Source: Bacillota bacterium (lineage in GTDB: Bacteria > Bacillota > Clostridia > Christensenellales > DTU072). From it: 64,000 nt of DNA. The number at the start of each line of letters is the position of its first letter. The stretch's first letter is position 1. The translations under genes were made by a program, and so were the position numbers. The stretch covers positions 135,108-199,107 of the forward strand of contig JAEXAB010000004.1 of the NCBI GenBank assembly GCA_023394875.1. The letters are read 5' to 3'. Under the pieces are notes generated by a model. It searched no databases, was not told the origin of the DNA, and saw only the letters and a program-made list of their open reading frames with translations. Positions 28,498 to 38,251 of the stretch are shown here, piece by piece.

Positions 28498-29630
28498 TGA
28501 AAAAAATTGCGGTACTGGGCTGTAGTGGTTCCATAGGCGAAACAACCTTAAACGTTATAAAAAACAATGCGGATGCCTTTTCGGTGTCCATCCTTGTCAA
28601 TAAAAATAACCTTAACCGCCTAAAAGCTCAGATTGCAGAATTTAAGCCAACAAAAGCCATTTGCATTGACAGTAATTATTTTTACTGCAACGGCAAAGAA
28701 TATGAACTTGATAAAAAAGTTTTATCGGATACCGAACTATATAATGACAGCGATATCGTTGTAAACGGTATTGTGGGACTTGACGGACTTATTCCCACGA
28801 AAAATGCGCTAAATGCGGGCAAAATTCTTGCCACAGCAAACAAGGAGAGCATTGTTTGCGCAGGCGGTTTGATTAATAAAATTAAAAGGGCAAAAAATTC
28901 GGCTATTTATCCGGTTGACAGCGAACACAGCACTATTTGGCAGTTGCTTGACGGCAAAGAAGAACTTGTAAAGAGAATTATTCTTACCGCATCGGGTGGA
29001 GCTTTCCGTGATTATTCCCTTACAGAGTTAAAAAACGCAAAAGCCGAAAGGGCTTTAGCTCATCCCAATTGGATAATGGGTAAGAAAGTTACTATCGACA
29101 GCGCAACTTTAATGAATAAAGGTATGGAGATTATTGAGGCAAAACACCTCTTTAATAAAGAAATATCGGTCGTTATGCATAGGGAGAGTATTATTCATTC
29201 GCTTATTGAAATGGTTGATAATTCTATGCTGGCTGGTTTATCCGTTCCCGATATGACTCTGCCTATTCAATACGCATTAACTTATCCGAAAAGGGCAAAA
29301 TCAAGCATACAAAGCCTTGATTTAATAAAAATAGGTTCCCTTAATTTTTCGGCAATAGACGAAGACAAGTTCCCTTGTATTAGGCTTGCTAAGGAAGCAA
29401 ACAAATATGGAGACTACGCAGGAACGGTACTAAACGCCGCAAATGAGGTTTTGGTTAGTCAGTATATAGAAAATAAAATTGGTTTTTACGGAATTTCTAC
29501 CGGTGTGGAAATGGCTATGGAAAAATTCGGCCTAAACGGAGAGATAAATTGTACCGAAGATGTTTTTTGTATTGACAAACAAGTAAAAGAATATACTTTA
29601 AGTATTATTGACAGATTAGGAGAGAGATGA
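28497..29630 (+). CDS. dxr: 1-deoxy-D-xylulose 5-phosphate reductoisomerase
   Basis: KIAVLGCSGSIGETTL NADPH-binding N-terminus, ANKESIV, DSEHS, and HPNWIMGKKVTIDSATLMNKG. Confidence 0.96.
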   Translation: MKKIAVLGCSGSIGETTLNVIKNNADAFSVSILVNKNNLNRLKAQIAEFKPTKAICIDSNYFYCNGKEYELDKKVLSDTELYNDSDIVVNGIVGLDGLIPTKNALNAGKILATANKESIVCAGGLINKIKRAKNSAIYPVDSEHSTIWQLLDGKEELVKRIILTASGGAFRDYSLTELKNAKAERALAHPNWIMGKKVTIDSATLMNKGMEIIEAKHLFNKEISVVMHRESIIHSLIEMVDNSMLAGLSVPDMTLPIQYALTYPKRAKSSIQSLDLIKIGSLNFSAIDEDKFPCIRLAKEANKYGDYAGTVLNAANEVLVSQYIENKIGFYGISTGVEMAMEKFGLNGEINCTEDVFCIDKQVKEYTLSIIDRLGER

Positions 29631-29659
29631 TATTATTTTGCGCCACCTTCGGCGGTGTT

Positions 29660-30736
29660 ATGTCAACAATAGGTTACGTAATTTTGGCGATTTTGTGCTT
29701 GATGCTCATGGTCGTAATTCACGAATTGGGACACTATCTGGCAGGAAAAGCTTTGGGATTCAAAATAGTGGAGTTTTCTATAGGCTTTGGACCTGCCATT
29801 TTTAAGCATAAAAACAAAAAAACGGGAGAAATATTCTCCATACGTCCTTTTCCTCTTGGCGGAGCTTGCCAATTTGTAGGAGAAGACGAAGAGAATCCCG
29901 ATGAAAAAGCCTTTAATAACCAAAAACCTTGGAAGAGACTTATCGTACTGTTTTCGGGCGCATTTTTTAACTTTTTATCGGCGATTTTGTTTATTACCTT
30001 GCTTTTTACCTTTTACGGACAATTACTGCCCACCGTTAATTCTTTGAGTGAAGAGTCCTATATCGCCCAAAACAATATTTTACAGGAAGGGGATATTATT
30101 TATAAGGTAAACGGAAGACAGGTTAACATTCTGATGCAGGACGACTTGCAAAACGCTTTTGCCCGCGTGGGTGAGGACGGAGGAACATTTACTATTATAA
30201 GAGAGGGTAAGAAACTTACCGTAAACGTAAAACGCAGTGAAATTTTTGTAAGAGACGCCGAAGGTAATATAACCTATGATACTGACAATAATCCGATAAC
30301 CAGAGAGGCGTTCGGGTTTGTCAGCGGACTAAAACACGTAAGACTTAACTTTTTTACAGCTTTTGCAAGGTCGTTTTCTTTTGGTTTTTATATAGTAATC
30401 AAGATTTTATGGCTCTTAGGGCAATTAGTAACAGGGCAGTTAGCTTTTGCAGAATCGGCAGGCGGACCTATAACTATTATTTCTACCATGAGCGAAGCGG
30501 GTCGTTCGGGCTTCGCATCGTTAGCTTACGTGGTTTGTATAATATCCGCTAATTTAGCGGTTATGAATTTATTACCGCTTCCCGCCCTTGACGGCTCAAG
30601 AATGGTATTTACAATAATAGAATGGATAGCCAAAAAACCGGTTAACAGAAAGGTGGAAAGCGCAATACACTTTACCGGACTAATACTGTTGTTTATGGTG
30701 GCGATATTCGCCGACGTACTGCATTTAATCAGATGA
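29660..30736 (+). CDS. rseP: RIP site-2 metalloprotease RseP/RasP (M50 family, PDZ domain)
   Basis: HELGHY zinc motif in TM1 and NLLPLPALDGS motif near the C-terminus. Start 29660 puts HELGH at its usual distance from the N-terminus; the alternative ATG 29627 (ATGA overlap with dxr) cannot be excluded. Confidence 0.9.
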   Translation: MSTIGYVILAILCLMLMVVIHELGHYLAGKALGFKIVEFSIGFGPAIFKHKNKKTGEIFSIRPFPLGGACQFVGEDEENPDEKAFNNQKPWKRLIVLFSGAFFNFLSAILFITLLFTFYGQLLPTVNSLSEESYIAQNNILQEGDIIYKVNGRQVNILMQDDLQNAFARVGEDGGTFTIIREGKKLTVNVKRSEIFVRDAEGNITYDTDNNPITREAFGFVSGLKHVRLNFFTAFARSFSFGFYIVIKILWLLGQLVTGQLAFAESAGGPITIISTMSEAGRSGFASLAYVVCIISANLAVMNLLPLPALDGSRMVFTIIEWIAKKPVNRKVESAIHFTGLILLFMVAIFADVLHLIR

Positions 30737-31755
30737 GCAAAAAAATCGTATACGTAAAAAACGTTCCCTTAGGAGACGGCAATATCGTTATTCAATCGAT
30801 GACCAATACCTTAACAACGGATATTGACGGTACGGTTCAGCAAATTTTACGCTTAAAAGAGGCGGGAGCGGAACTTGTTAGGGTAAGTATTCCGGACGAA
30901 GAGAGCGCAAAAGCAATTAAACATTTTGTTAATTTGGGTGTGCCAATAATAGGGGATATTCACTTTTCAGAAAAGCCCGCCCTAATAGCTATAGAAAACG
31001 GCATAGCAAAAATTAGGCTAAACCCCGGCAATATGACCAAAGAGGGCATAAAAAATACCGTTAAAGCCTGCATTGAACGTAATATTCCCATAAGAGTTGG
31101 AGTTAATAAAGGTTCTTCGGGCAATCTTAGCCCTAAAGAACTAGCCGATAAATGTATTGACACCGCCAAAATTATAGAAGATTTGGGTTGGGACAAGCTT
31201 GTCCTTGCCGTAAAATCCTCCGACGTAAAAGAAACGGTGGAAGCGTACAGATATCTAAGCTCTATTACCGATTATCCTTTGCACGTAGGGCTTACCGAAG
31301 CAGGCACAATAAATAGCGGTTTTTGTAAGTCAGCAATAGCGATAGGAAGTTTACTTTTAGAAGGCATAGGCGATACCATAAGAGTAAGCCTGGCTACAGA
31401 CCCTATTGAAGAAATTTATGCGGCAAAGAGGATTTTACGCGCCGCGGGAATTGATAAAAAGTTTGTAGAAGTTATTGCTTGCCCTACATGCGCCAGAACC
31501 AATATAGAAGTATCAAAGTTAGCCGAAGAAATAGAAAAATATACCGAAAAAATGACTTTTCCGTTAAAAATTGCTATAATGGGTTGTGTGGTAAACGGAA
31601 TAGGAGAATCAAAAGGCGCCGACTTTGGAGTGGCGGGCGGCAAAGATATTTCGGCAATATTCCGCGATAAAGAAATATTGAAAAAAGTGCCGAATGAAAA
31701 AATTTATGAAGATTTACTGCAAATAATAGAGGAATACAGACTAAAAAATGAATGA
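30733..31755 (+). CDS. ispG: 4-hydroxy-3-methylbut-2-en-1-yl diphosphate synthase
   Basis: VQSMTNT, RVSIPDE and IACPTCAR...GCVVNGIGES Fe-S motifs. Confidence 0.96.
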   Translation: MSKKIVYVKNVPLGDGNIVIQSMTNTLTTDIDGTVQQILRLKEAGAELVRVSIPDEESAKAIKHFVNLGVPIIGDIHFSEKPALIAIENGIAKIRLNPGNMTKEGIKNTVKACIERNIPIRVGVNKGSSGNLSPKELADKCIDTAKIIEDLGWDKLVLAVKSSDVKETVEAYRYLSSITDYPLHVGLTEAGTINSGFCKSAIAIGSLLLEGIGDTIRVSLATDPIEEIYAAKRILRAAGIDKKFVEVIACPTCARTNIEVSKLAEEIEKYTEKMTFPLKIAIMGCVVNGIGESKGADFGVAGGKDISAIFRDKEILKKVPNEKIYEDLLQIIEEYRLKNE

Positions 31756-33274
31756 ACTGCCTTTTATTGAAGAATTAAACAAAAGACTGTTGGAAAACGA
31801 AAGAATTTTTAAGTTTCGCAGCGCAGAAATTACCAAAGGGAAATATTTTTCTTTGGAGCTTATGCTTAATTCTTATACCGCCAACACTTTTTTTACTAAA
31901 GAACTTAAAAATAAGGTAGAGGGAAAAATTAAAGAAATTTTACCAAAAAACTTGAACGTTAACGTAAAATTCCATAAAACATTGACAACCAAAGATTTAA
32001 TTAGAAAGAGCTTTTTAGAATACATATATAAAGAAAAACCCACTTTTTATGAAAATTTTCTCAACGCCGATATGGATATAGAAATAATCGGCAATATGGT
32101 TTACATAAACGTCACGTTGGAAAAATTTATGTGCGATTTTGCCAATAGTTCCAACCTTGGCGCCGATATGTCCGAAGTTCTAAATAAAGAATTTATGGAA
32201 GATTTCGAAATTCACTTTTTAGAAATTCCCAACAAAGAAGTAGCCATAGAAAATAGGGTAAGCAACAAAATCGAGTACTCTTTAAGGTTTATTAACGTAG
32301 AAATTAATGCCTCTTTATGGGGTAGTATACTGCAAAATCCGCGCTATATTGCCGACGTCAAGGACAAAGCGTATTCCGACGTATGTATTTGCGGAGTAAT
32401 AAGCAACGTAAAAGAAAGATACATAGAAAGTATCAAAAAGAACCTGTTTACCTTCCAACTTTACGACACAACGGGCTATATAACCTGCAAAGCCTTTATT
32501 AATACAGCTAGAAAGGATCAACTAAAGTTTGCCCAGTCTATGTTAGACGGTAACACAATGGTAATGCAGGGACAAATAAAATACGATAACTACGACAACT
32601 CTATGTCATTTATTCCTAATAAAGCGGCTTTTTGCACTATTGATTATAAATCCATCGATACTGCGCCAAAATATTTACCCGAACCAGATAATTATATGTA
32701 CATAACCCCGGTAAAATATATGGAAGAAGTACAAATCGACCTGCTTTCCGAAGGTATTCCCAAAGAGTTGTATAATAAAACTTTCGTGGTGTTTGACTTC
32801 GAAACAACAGGAACAGAACCCGAAAAATGCGGTATTACCGATATAGGCGCCGTAAAAATAGTCAACGGAAGAATAACCGAAACTTTTTCTTCGCTGGTAA
32901 ATCCCGAAATGGAAATTCCCGAGGAGGTAATAGCCTTAACGCATATTACCAACGAAATGGTACAAAAAGAGCGTAGGTTTGAAGAGATTATCGGAGATTT
33001 TTATAAGTTTACAAGAGGGGAAAGTGTGATACTGGTAGCACATAATGCTCCTTTTGATATGTCATTTTTACGTAAATATGCCGCTATAAGCAATTATTAT
33101 TTTGATAATTCGGTAATAGACACGTTAATTCTTGCCAGACAAAAAATCCAATTGAAAAAGTATAAGTTGGGTAATTTATGCGAAGCGCTGCAGGTACCCT
33201 TAAACGGGGCACATAGAGCCTTAAACGACGCTATAGCAACGGCTAAAGTTTTTATAAAATTGCATTCAATATAA
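31748..33274 (+). CDS. PolC-like N-terminal domain, OB fold and DEDDh 3'-5' exonuclease; no PHP or polymerase core
   Basis: 508 aa. The exonuclease motifs are intact: FVVFDFETTG (Exo I, ~aa 346), AHNAPFDMSFL (Exo II, ~aa 431), HRALNDAIATAKVF (Exo III, ~aa 489). The preceding region (aa ~205-295, LFTFQLYDTTGYITCKAFINTARKD...VMQGQIKYDNYDNSMSFI) resembles the PolC OB domain. The gene occupies the polC position between ispG and rimP-nusA. It has a clean stop, followed by a promoter and a terminator. Confidence 0.75.
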   Translation: MNELPFIEELNKRLLENERIFKFRSAEITKGKYFSLELMLNSYTANTFFTKELKNKVEGKIKEILPKNLNVNVKFHKTLTTKDLIRKSFLEYIYKEKPTFYENFLNADMDIEIIGNMVYINVTLEKFMCDFANSSNLGADMSEVLNKEFMEDFEIHFLEIPNKEVAIENRVSNKIEYSLRFINVEINASLWGSILQNPRYIADVKDKAYSDVCICGVISNVKERYIESIKKNLFTFQLYDTTGYITCKAFINTARKDQLKFAQSMLDGNTMVMQGQIKYDNYDNSMSFIPNKAAFCTIDYKSIDTAPKYLPEPDNYMYITPVKYMEEVQIDLLSEGIPKELYNKTFVVFDFETTGTEPEKCGITDIGAVKIVNGRITETFSSLVNPEMEIPEEVIALTHITNEMVQKERRFEEIIGDFYKFTRGESVILVAHNAPFDMSFLRKYAAISNYYFDNSVIDTLILARQKIQLKKYKLGNLCEALQVPLNGAHRALNDAIATAKVFIKLHSI

Positions 33275-33280
33275 AAATTG

Positions 33281-33309
33281 TTGCATTATTTTTCCAAATA
33301 TGGTAATAT
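33281..33309 (+). promoter_or_regulatory. sigma-A-type promoter with extended -10 (TTGCAT-17-TGgTAATAT) for the rimP-nusA-infB operon
   Basis: TTGCAT at 33281-33286, 17-nt spacer ending in TGG, TAATAT at 33304-33309. Confidence 0.55.
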
Positions 33310-33335
33310 ATAATTACTTAATAGATAAACATCTT

Positions 33336-33370
33336 GAGAGTGGTCGTAAAAAACGGCCACTCTCGTTTTT
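33336..33370 (+). terminator. strong intrinsic terminator hairpin located in the rimP-nusA leader (candidate attenuator)
   Basis: GAGAGTGGTCG / CGGCCACTCTC 11-bp stem (one G-U pair), loop TAAAAAA, followed by GTTTTT. It lies downstream of the predicted promoter and 1 nt before the SD AGGGAGG of rimP. Confidence 0.75.
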
Positions 33371-33382
33371 AGGGAGGACAAG

Positions 33383-33841
33383 TTGGATAGTATTTGCAAG
33401 ACGGTTTATCAATTAACCAATGATATTATTACTAATTTGGGCTATGAAATCGTCGACATAGAATATAAAAAGATGTACGGAGAAAACAATCTTATCATTT
33501 TTATATTCAAAAAAGGCGGAGTGGACTTAGACGATTGCGAAAAAGTATGTCAAGCTATAGACATCATTCTTGACGAAAGCGATTTTACAAAGGGAGAAGC
33601 TTATAACCTCAATATTTCTTCCCCCGGACTTGACCGTCTCATTGTTACTAATGACGACTACCGCAGAAGTTTAGATACCGAAATCGAAGTTATTTTTGAC
33701 AAACCGCAAGGCAAAATGAAAAAAACGAACGGTATTTTGATAAAATATGACAAAGACACGCTGACTTTGGAAAAAGGCGGCAAAGAAAACGTATATAACA
33801 AGGCAGACTTAAAAACAGTAAGACCTTATATAAAATTTTAA
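33383..33841 (+). CDS. rimP: ribosome maturation factor RimP
   Basis: TTG start with SD AGGGAGG; LGYEIVDIEYKK... and NISSPGLDRLI motifs; precedes nusA. Confidence 0.9.
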   Translation: MDSICKTVYQLTNDIITNLGYEIVDIEYKKMYGENNLIIFIFKKGGVDLDDCEKVCQAIDIILDESDFTKGEAYNLNISSPGLDRLIVTNDDYRRSLDTEIEVIFDKPQGKMKKTNGILIKYDKDTLTLEKGGKENVYNKADLKTVRPYIKF

Positions 33842-33873
33842 CAAACAAAAAATACAGGAGGATATCAAAAAAA

Positions 33874-34947
33874 ATGATAAACAGAGAGTTTTTTCTAGCA
33901 TTAGACCAATTGGAGAAAGAAAAAAAGCTGAATAAGCAAATGTTGGTTGCGTCAATAGAGGCAGGACTTGCTTCTGCATATAAAAAAGAAATGGGCGAAA
34001 GCAGAATAGTTACCGCAAAACTTAACGAAGAGAAAGGCAGAATTGAGTTTTACGCTTATCAGACAGTTGTTGAGGGGGAACCTTTGGAAGAGAGCCAATT
34101 GTCCTTAGAAGAGGCTTTGGATATAAAACCCGACGCTAAGGTAGGGGACGTTATCGGCGAAGATATCACTCCTAAGACGTTAAGCCGTATAGCCGCCCAG
34201 ACCGCCAAGCAGGTCATTATGCAAAGAATAAACGAGGCAATTAGAGAGCAAATCGCTTTAGAAATGAACGACAAGGAAGGCGAGCTTGTTACCGCAATTA
34301 TCAGACGTATAGACAACAATATCGTATATGTGGAAATAACAAATTCCCAAATGGAAGGCGTTATGGCTCTTAACGACCAGGTATTCGGAGAAAAATACAA
34401 TATCGGCGATATTATTAAGGTTTACGTTAAGAAGGTTAGAGATACTATGCGCGGGACTCAAGTAGTTGTTTCCAGAAGCTGTTCTGGCTTTGTTAAGAAG
34501 TTATTCGAAATGGAAGTTCCCGAAATGCGTAGCAACCTTGTTAAAGTTAAGAATATAGTAAGAGAAGCGGGCAACCGTACCAAAATGGCAGTTTACTCCG
34601 ATGATCCCAACGTTGACGCTTTGTCGGCTTGCATCGGACAAAAGGGCGAAAGAGTAAATAACGTAGTAAGAGAATTAAACGGAGAAAAAATCGATATTAT
34701 TCTTTACACTGCCAATCTTCAAGAATATATTATCCGCTGCCTAAATCCCCTAAAGAGCGTTGTCAGCATAAAAATCGACGAAGAAAATAAGAAAGCGCAA
34801 GTTATAGTCCCCGACGACAAGCTGTCCCTTGCTATAGGTAAAGGCGGCATGAACGCGCGTTTGGCGGCTAGACTTACCGGCTTGAAACTGGACATCAAAT
34901 CTTGGAGCGCTACAACGCAAAGCGCCGAGGAACTATATGAAAACTGA
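33874..34947 (+). CDS. nusA: transcription termination/antitermination factor NusA
   Basis: N-terminal domain, S1 domain (GELVTAIIRR...VYVEI) and two KH domains (CIGQKGERV, AIGKGGMNARLA). Confidence 0.97.
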   Translation: MINREFFLALDQLEKEKKLNKQMLVASIEAGLASAYKKEMGESRIVTAKLNEEKGRIEFYAYQTVVEGEPLEESQLSLEEALDIKPDAKVGDVIGEDITPKTLSRIAAQTAKQVIMQRINEAIREQIALEMNDKEGELVTAIIRRIDNNIVYVEITNSQMEGVMALNDQVFGEKYNIGDIIKVYVKKVRDTMRGTQVVVSRSCSGFVKKLFEMEVPEMRSNLVKVKNIVREAGNRTKMAVYSDDPNVDALSACIGQKGERVNNVVRELNGEKIDIILYTANLQEYIIRCLNPLKSVVSIKIDEENKKAQVIVPDDKLSLAIGKGGMNARLAARLTGLKLDIKSWSATTQSAEELYEN

Positions 34948-35218
34948 AAAAATTAAGGACACTCCGTTAAGAATGTGTGTGGTCTGTAAACAAATGCTGC
35001 CCAAAAAAGAAATGCTACGCATTGTAAAAAATAAGGACGGCGAAATTATTATAGACCATACCAACAAAGCTAACGGCAGAGGCGCTTATATTTGTGACAG
35101 TTTAGAATGTATCGAAAAATGCGTAAACAAAAAATTGCTGAATAAATCCTTTAGCATGGCGATATCACAAGAAGTTTATCAAAAAATCTTGGAGGATTAT
35201 GCAGGAAGCAAAAATTAA
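34937..35218 (+). CDS. ylxR: YlxR/RnpM-family RNA-binding protein (DUF448)
   Basis: PLRMCVVCKQMLPKKEMLRIV...GRGAYIC pattern; follows nusA. Confidence 0.92.
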   Translation: MKTEKIKDTPLRMCVVCKQMLPKKEMLRIVKNKDGEIIIDHTNKANGRGAYICDSLECIEKCVNKKLLNKSFSMAISQEVYQKILEDYAGSKN

Positions 35219-35492
35219 AAGCTATATTGGATTTGCAATTAAGGCAAGAAAAATCCTCTACGGGTTGGACAATATAACAATGTCCAAGAAAAAACCATAT
35301 TTACTGTTGGTAGATGCTAGTTTTAGTCCTAACAGCCAAAAAAAGTTGGCTAGTTATGCGCAAAACAACGAAATACCCATAATTAACTACAGTTTAGAAG
35401 CTGTTATTCCCGACCGTAATTGCAAGGCGGTGGGAATTATGGAAAAAAATCTTGCCTCAGCAGTTTTGAAAGAATTAAAGGAGAGCTTATAA
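35199..35492 (+). CDS. ylxQ: L7Ae-family RNA-binding protein YlxQ
   Basis: IGFAIKARKILYGLDNI pattern; lies between ylxR and infB. Confidence 0.85.
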   Translation: MQEAKIKSYIGFAIKARKILYGLDNITMSKKKPYLLLVDASFSPNSQKKLASYAQNNEIPIINYSLEAVIPDRNCKAVGIMEKNLASAVLKELKESL

Positions 35493-37904
35493 ATGACCGA
35501 GAACGAAAAAGTATTAAGAAATGATAGGGCTAATATTACAAAAACAATAGAGGAAAAGGAAGGCATTTCTTCCAAGTTTGCAGAAAAATTGCGTTTAAGC
35601 ATGATAAATATCAACAAACTTAAAGAAGCATGCAGTCAAAATAAAAAAATACTTTTGGATAAGCTCACTCCGGTTTTGGAGAGTAATGAGCAGTTTGACG
35701 CTACCGGAAACGTAGAAATAGAGGAAATAACTAATACCGAAGAAAAGGTTATTCCGCCCGAACTGAAAACAATTACCGAAGACGATTTTCGGACGGTAAA
35801 TGTCGCAACTAAGCCTGTTGCAGAATCTACAAGACTGCAAAAACCTTCGACACCTAACAAATTTAAGGAAAATGTCAATACAAAAGTTGAAGTTGTGGAA
35901 GAAGTCGAATCCGACTTAAAAAAGAAGGGCGGTTCCACAGAAAAGAAGAAGCAGGTAGTAGACGATAAGAAAAAATTGTCGAAAAAGACAAAGATTCAGA
36001 AGGGCTACGAAAAGAATATGTCCTCTTATGAGTATGACGAATTAAGCGGCGAAATTATGAAAGTCAGGGCAAGGAAATCCTTTATTGACAAAGAAAAAAA
36101 GAGAATGGTTCCGCCTGCAGCTATCGTAATTGACCATGCGATTATGAACACCGAAACTATTTCTATCAAACAATTGAGCGAAAAAATCGGCAAAACCAGC
36201 GTGGATATTATTAAAAAGCTGTTTTTAGAACTGCAAATGATTAAGACTATAAACGACGTTATCGATTTTGATACCGCCGAACTAATTTCTTCTATGTTCA
36301 ACGTAACTTTGGAATTGCAATTAGAGCAGACCAGCGAAGAAAAGTTGATTGCCTTCCATAGCGATGACAACGAAGACGACAGCGGAAACTTAGTCAGACG
36401 TCCGCCGATTGTAACCATTATGGGACACGTTGACCACGGTAAGACTTCTATACTTGACTATATCAGAAAAGCCAACGTGGCTAGCGGAGAAGCGGGCGGA
36501 ATAACCCAGCATATCGGCGCGTATACCGCAGTTGTACCTTCTTCGGAAGGCAAAAAGACGGTTACGTTCTTAGATACCCCGGGGCATGAAGCTTTTACTT
36601 CCATGCGTGCAAGAGGCGCAAACGTTACTGATATCGTTATTATCGTTGTTGCTGCCGATGATGGTATTATGCCTCAGACTATAGAAGCTATCAACCACGC
36701 CAAAGCGGCGAAAGTACCGATTATTGTCGCCATGAACAAAATGGACAAGACGGCAGTAAATCCTGACAAAGTGTTGCAACAGCTTGCAGAACACGGATTG
36801 GTATCCGAAGAATGGATGGGCGACGTACCGACCATACGCGTTTCGGCTAAAACCGGCATGGGTATTGATTCCTTGTTAGAAACAATAGTAACAATAGCCG
36901 AAATTAATGATTATAAGGCTAATCCCGACCGCAGCGCTAAGGGAACCATTATTGAGGCAAAACTTGACAAGGGTAAAGGTCCGGTTGCAACTGTGCTTGT
37001 ACAAAACGGAACCTTGCATACAGGAGATTTTATCGTTGCGGGCACAGCTATAGGTAGAATAAGGGCAATGTTTGACGACAAAGGTAAAACGGTAGCCACC
37101 GCTCTTCCCAGCACCCCCGTATCGATTTTGGGGCTGCAAGACGTACCTAACGCAGGCGACCAAATAATGGTTGTTAAGGACGAAAAACTCTCCAAACAGG
37201 TAGTAGAAGAGAGAAAGAACAGAGAAAAAATAGAAAAATTAAAGACAAAGAAAGTAACTTTGGAAGACGTTTTCAGTAAAATCGAAGAGGGCAAAACCAA
37301 AGACCTTAATCTTATTATTAAAGCCGACGTTCAAGGTTCGGTTGAAGCTGTTAAGCAGTCTTTGAGCAGTCTTTCTAACAGCGAAGTTAACGTTCACATC
37401 GTCCACAGCGGCGTTGGAGCTATTAACGAATCCGATATAACCTTAGCCGACACAACGGACGCTATTATAATTGGCTTTAACATTCGTCCCGACAACAACG
37501 CAAAAGTTCTTGCCGACAAAGTGGGCGTGGATATTAAGTTATACCGCATAATTTACGATGCGATAAATGATATCAAACTAGCCATAAAAGGTATGCTTGC
37601 GCCTACTTATAAAGAAACATATTTGGGCAGAGCCGAAGTCAGACAGGTTTACAAAATTTCTTCTGTGGGCACAATAGCAGGGTGTATGGTAAAAGACGGC
37701 AAGATTACACGAAACGCCAAAGTCAGACTACTTCGTGACAACGCAGTAATAGCCGAAACGTCTATTGCATCCTTAAAGAGAATGAAAGACGACGTAAAGG
37801 AAGTTGCCTCCGGTTATGATTGCGGTATAGGTCTTGATAAATTCAACGATATTCACGAAAACGACGTTATCGAAGCATATATTGTGGAGGAAGTAACGAA
37901 ATGA
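35493..37904 (+). CDS. infB: translation initiation factor IF-2
   Basis: [17 protein letters not shown] and NKMD GTPase motifs, conserved C-terminal domains, and a variable Lys/Glu-rich N-terminus. Confidence 0.98.
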   Translation: MTENEKVLRNDRANITKTIEEKEGISSKFAEKLRLSMININKLKEACSQNKKILLDKLTPVLESNEQFDATGNVEIEEITNTEEKVIPPELKTITEDDFRTVNVATKPVAESTRLQKPSTPNKFKENVNTKVEVVEEVESDLKKKGGSTEKKKQVVDDKKKLSKKTKIQKGYEKNMSSYEYDELSGEIMKVRARKSFIDKEKKRMVPPAAIVIDHAIMNTETISIKQLSEKIGKTSVDIIKKLFLELQMIKTINDVIDFDTAELISSMFNVTLELQLEQTSEEKLIAFHSDDNEDDSGNLVRRPPIVTIMGHVDHGKTSILDYIRKANVASGEAGGITQHIGAYTAVVPSSEGKKTVTFLDTPGHEAFTSMRARGANVTDIVIIVVAADDGIMPQTIEAINHAKAAKVPIIVAMNKMDKTAVNPDKVLQQLAEHGLVSEEWMGDVPTIRVSAKTGMGIDSLLETIVTIAEINDYKANPDRSAKGTIIEAKLDKGKGPVATVLVQNGTLHTGDFIVAGTAIGRIRAMFDDKGKTVATALPSTPVSILGLQDVPNAGDQIMVVKDEKLSKQVVEERKNREKIEKLKTKKVTLEDVFSKIEEGKTKDLNLIIKADVQGSVEAVKQSLSSLSNSEVNVHIVHSGVGAINESDITLADTTDAIIIGFNIRPDNNAKVLADKVGVDIKLYRIIYDAINDIKLAIKGMLAPTYKETYLGRAEVRQVYKISSVGTIAGCMVKDGKITRNAKVRLLRDNAVIAETSIASLKRMKDDVKEVASGYDCGIGLDKFNDIHENDVIEAYIVEEVTK

Positions 37905-38248
37905 TTAAACTCGAAAGAGTAGACAACGAAATAATGAAGTACCTTAACGAAATAATTTGTCGGGAAGTTAAAGACCCCAGACTTGATAACAAATTTATTT
38001 CGGTAACGGGGGTAAATACCTCCAAAGACCTTAAATATGCCAAGGTCTTTGTTTCCGTTATGCCTCTTGAAGCACAAAAAGAGGTACTAAAGGTACTCAA
38101 TTCCGCTGCCGTTTATATCAGGAGCTTGTTGTTTGAAAGACTAAAAATCAGATTGGTGCCAAGTCTTAACTTTTATTTGGATAATTCTATTGCAAACGGA
38201 ATGAAAATTGATGCTATAATAAAACAAATACACCGTGAAGAGGAGTAA
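37901..38248 (+). CDS. rbfA: ribosome-binding factor A
   Basis: REVKDPRL...ITVTGVNTSKDLKYAKVFVS pattern; ATGA overlap with infB. Confidence 0.95.
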   Translation: MIKLERVDNEIMKYLNEIICREVKDPRLDNKFISVTGVNTSKDLKYAKVFVSVMPLEAQKEVLKVLNSAAVYIRSLLFERLKIRLVPSLNFYLDNSIANGMKIDAIIKQIHREEE

Positions 38249-38251
38249 GCT

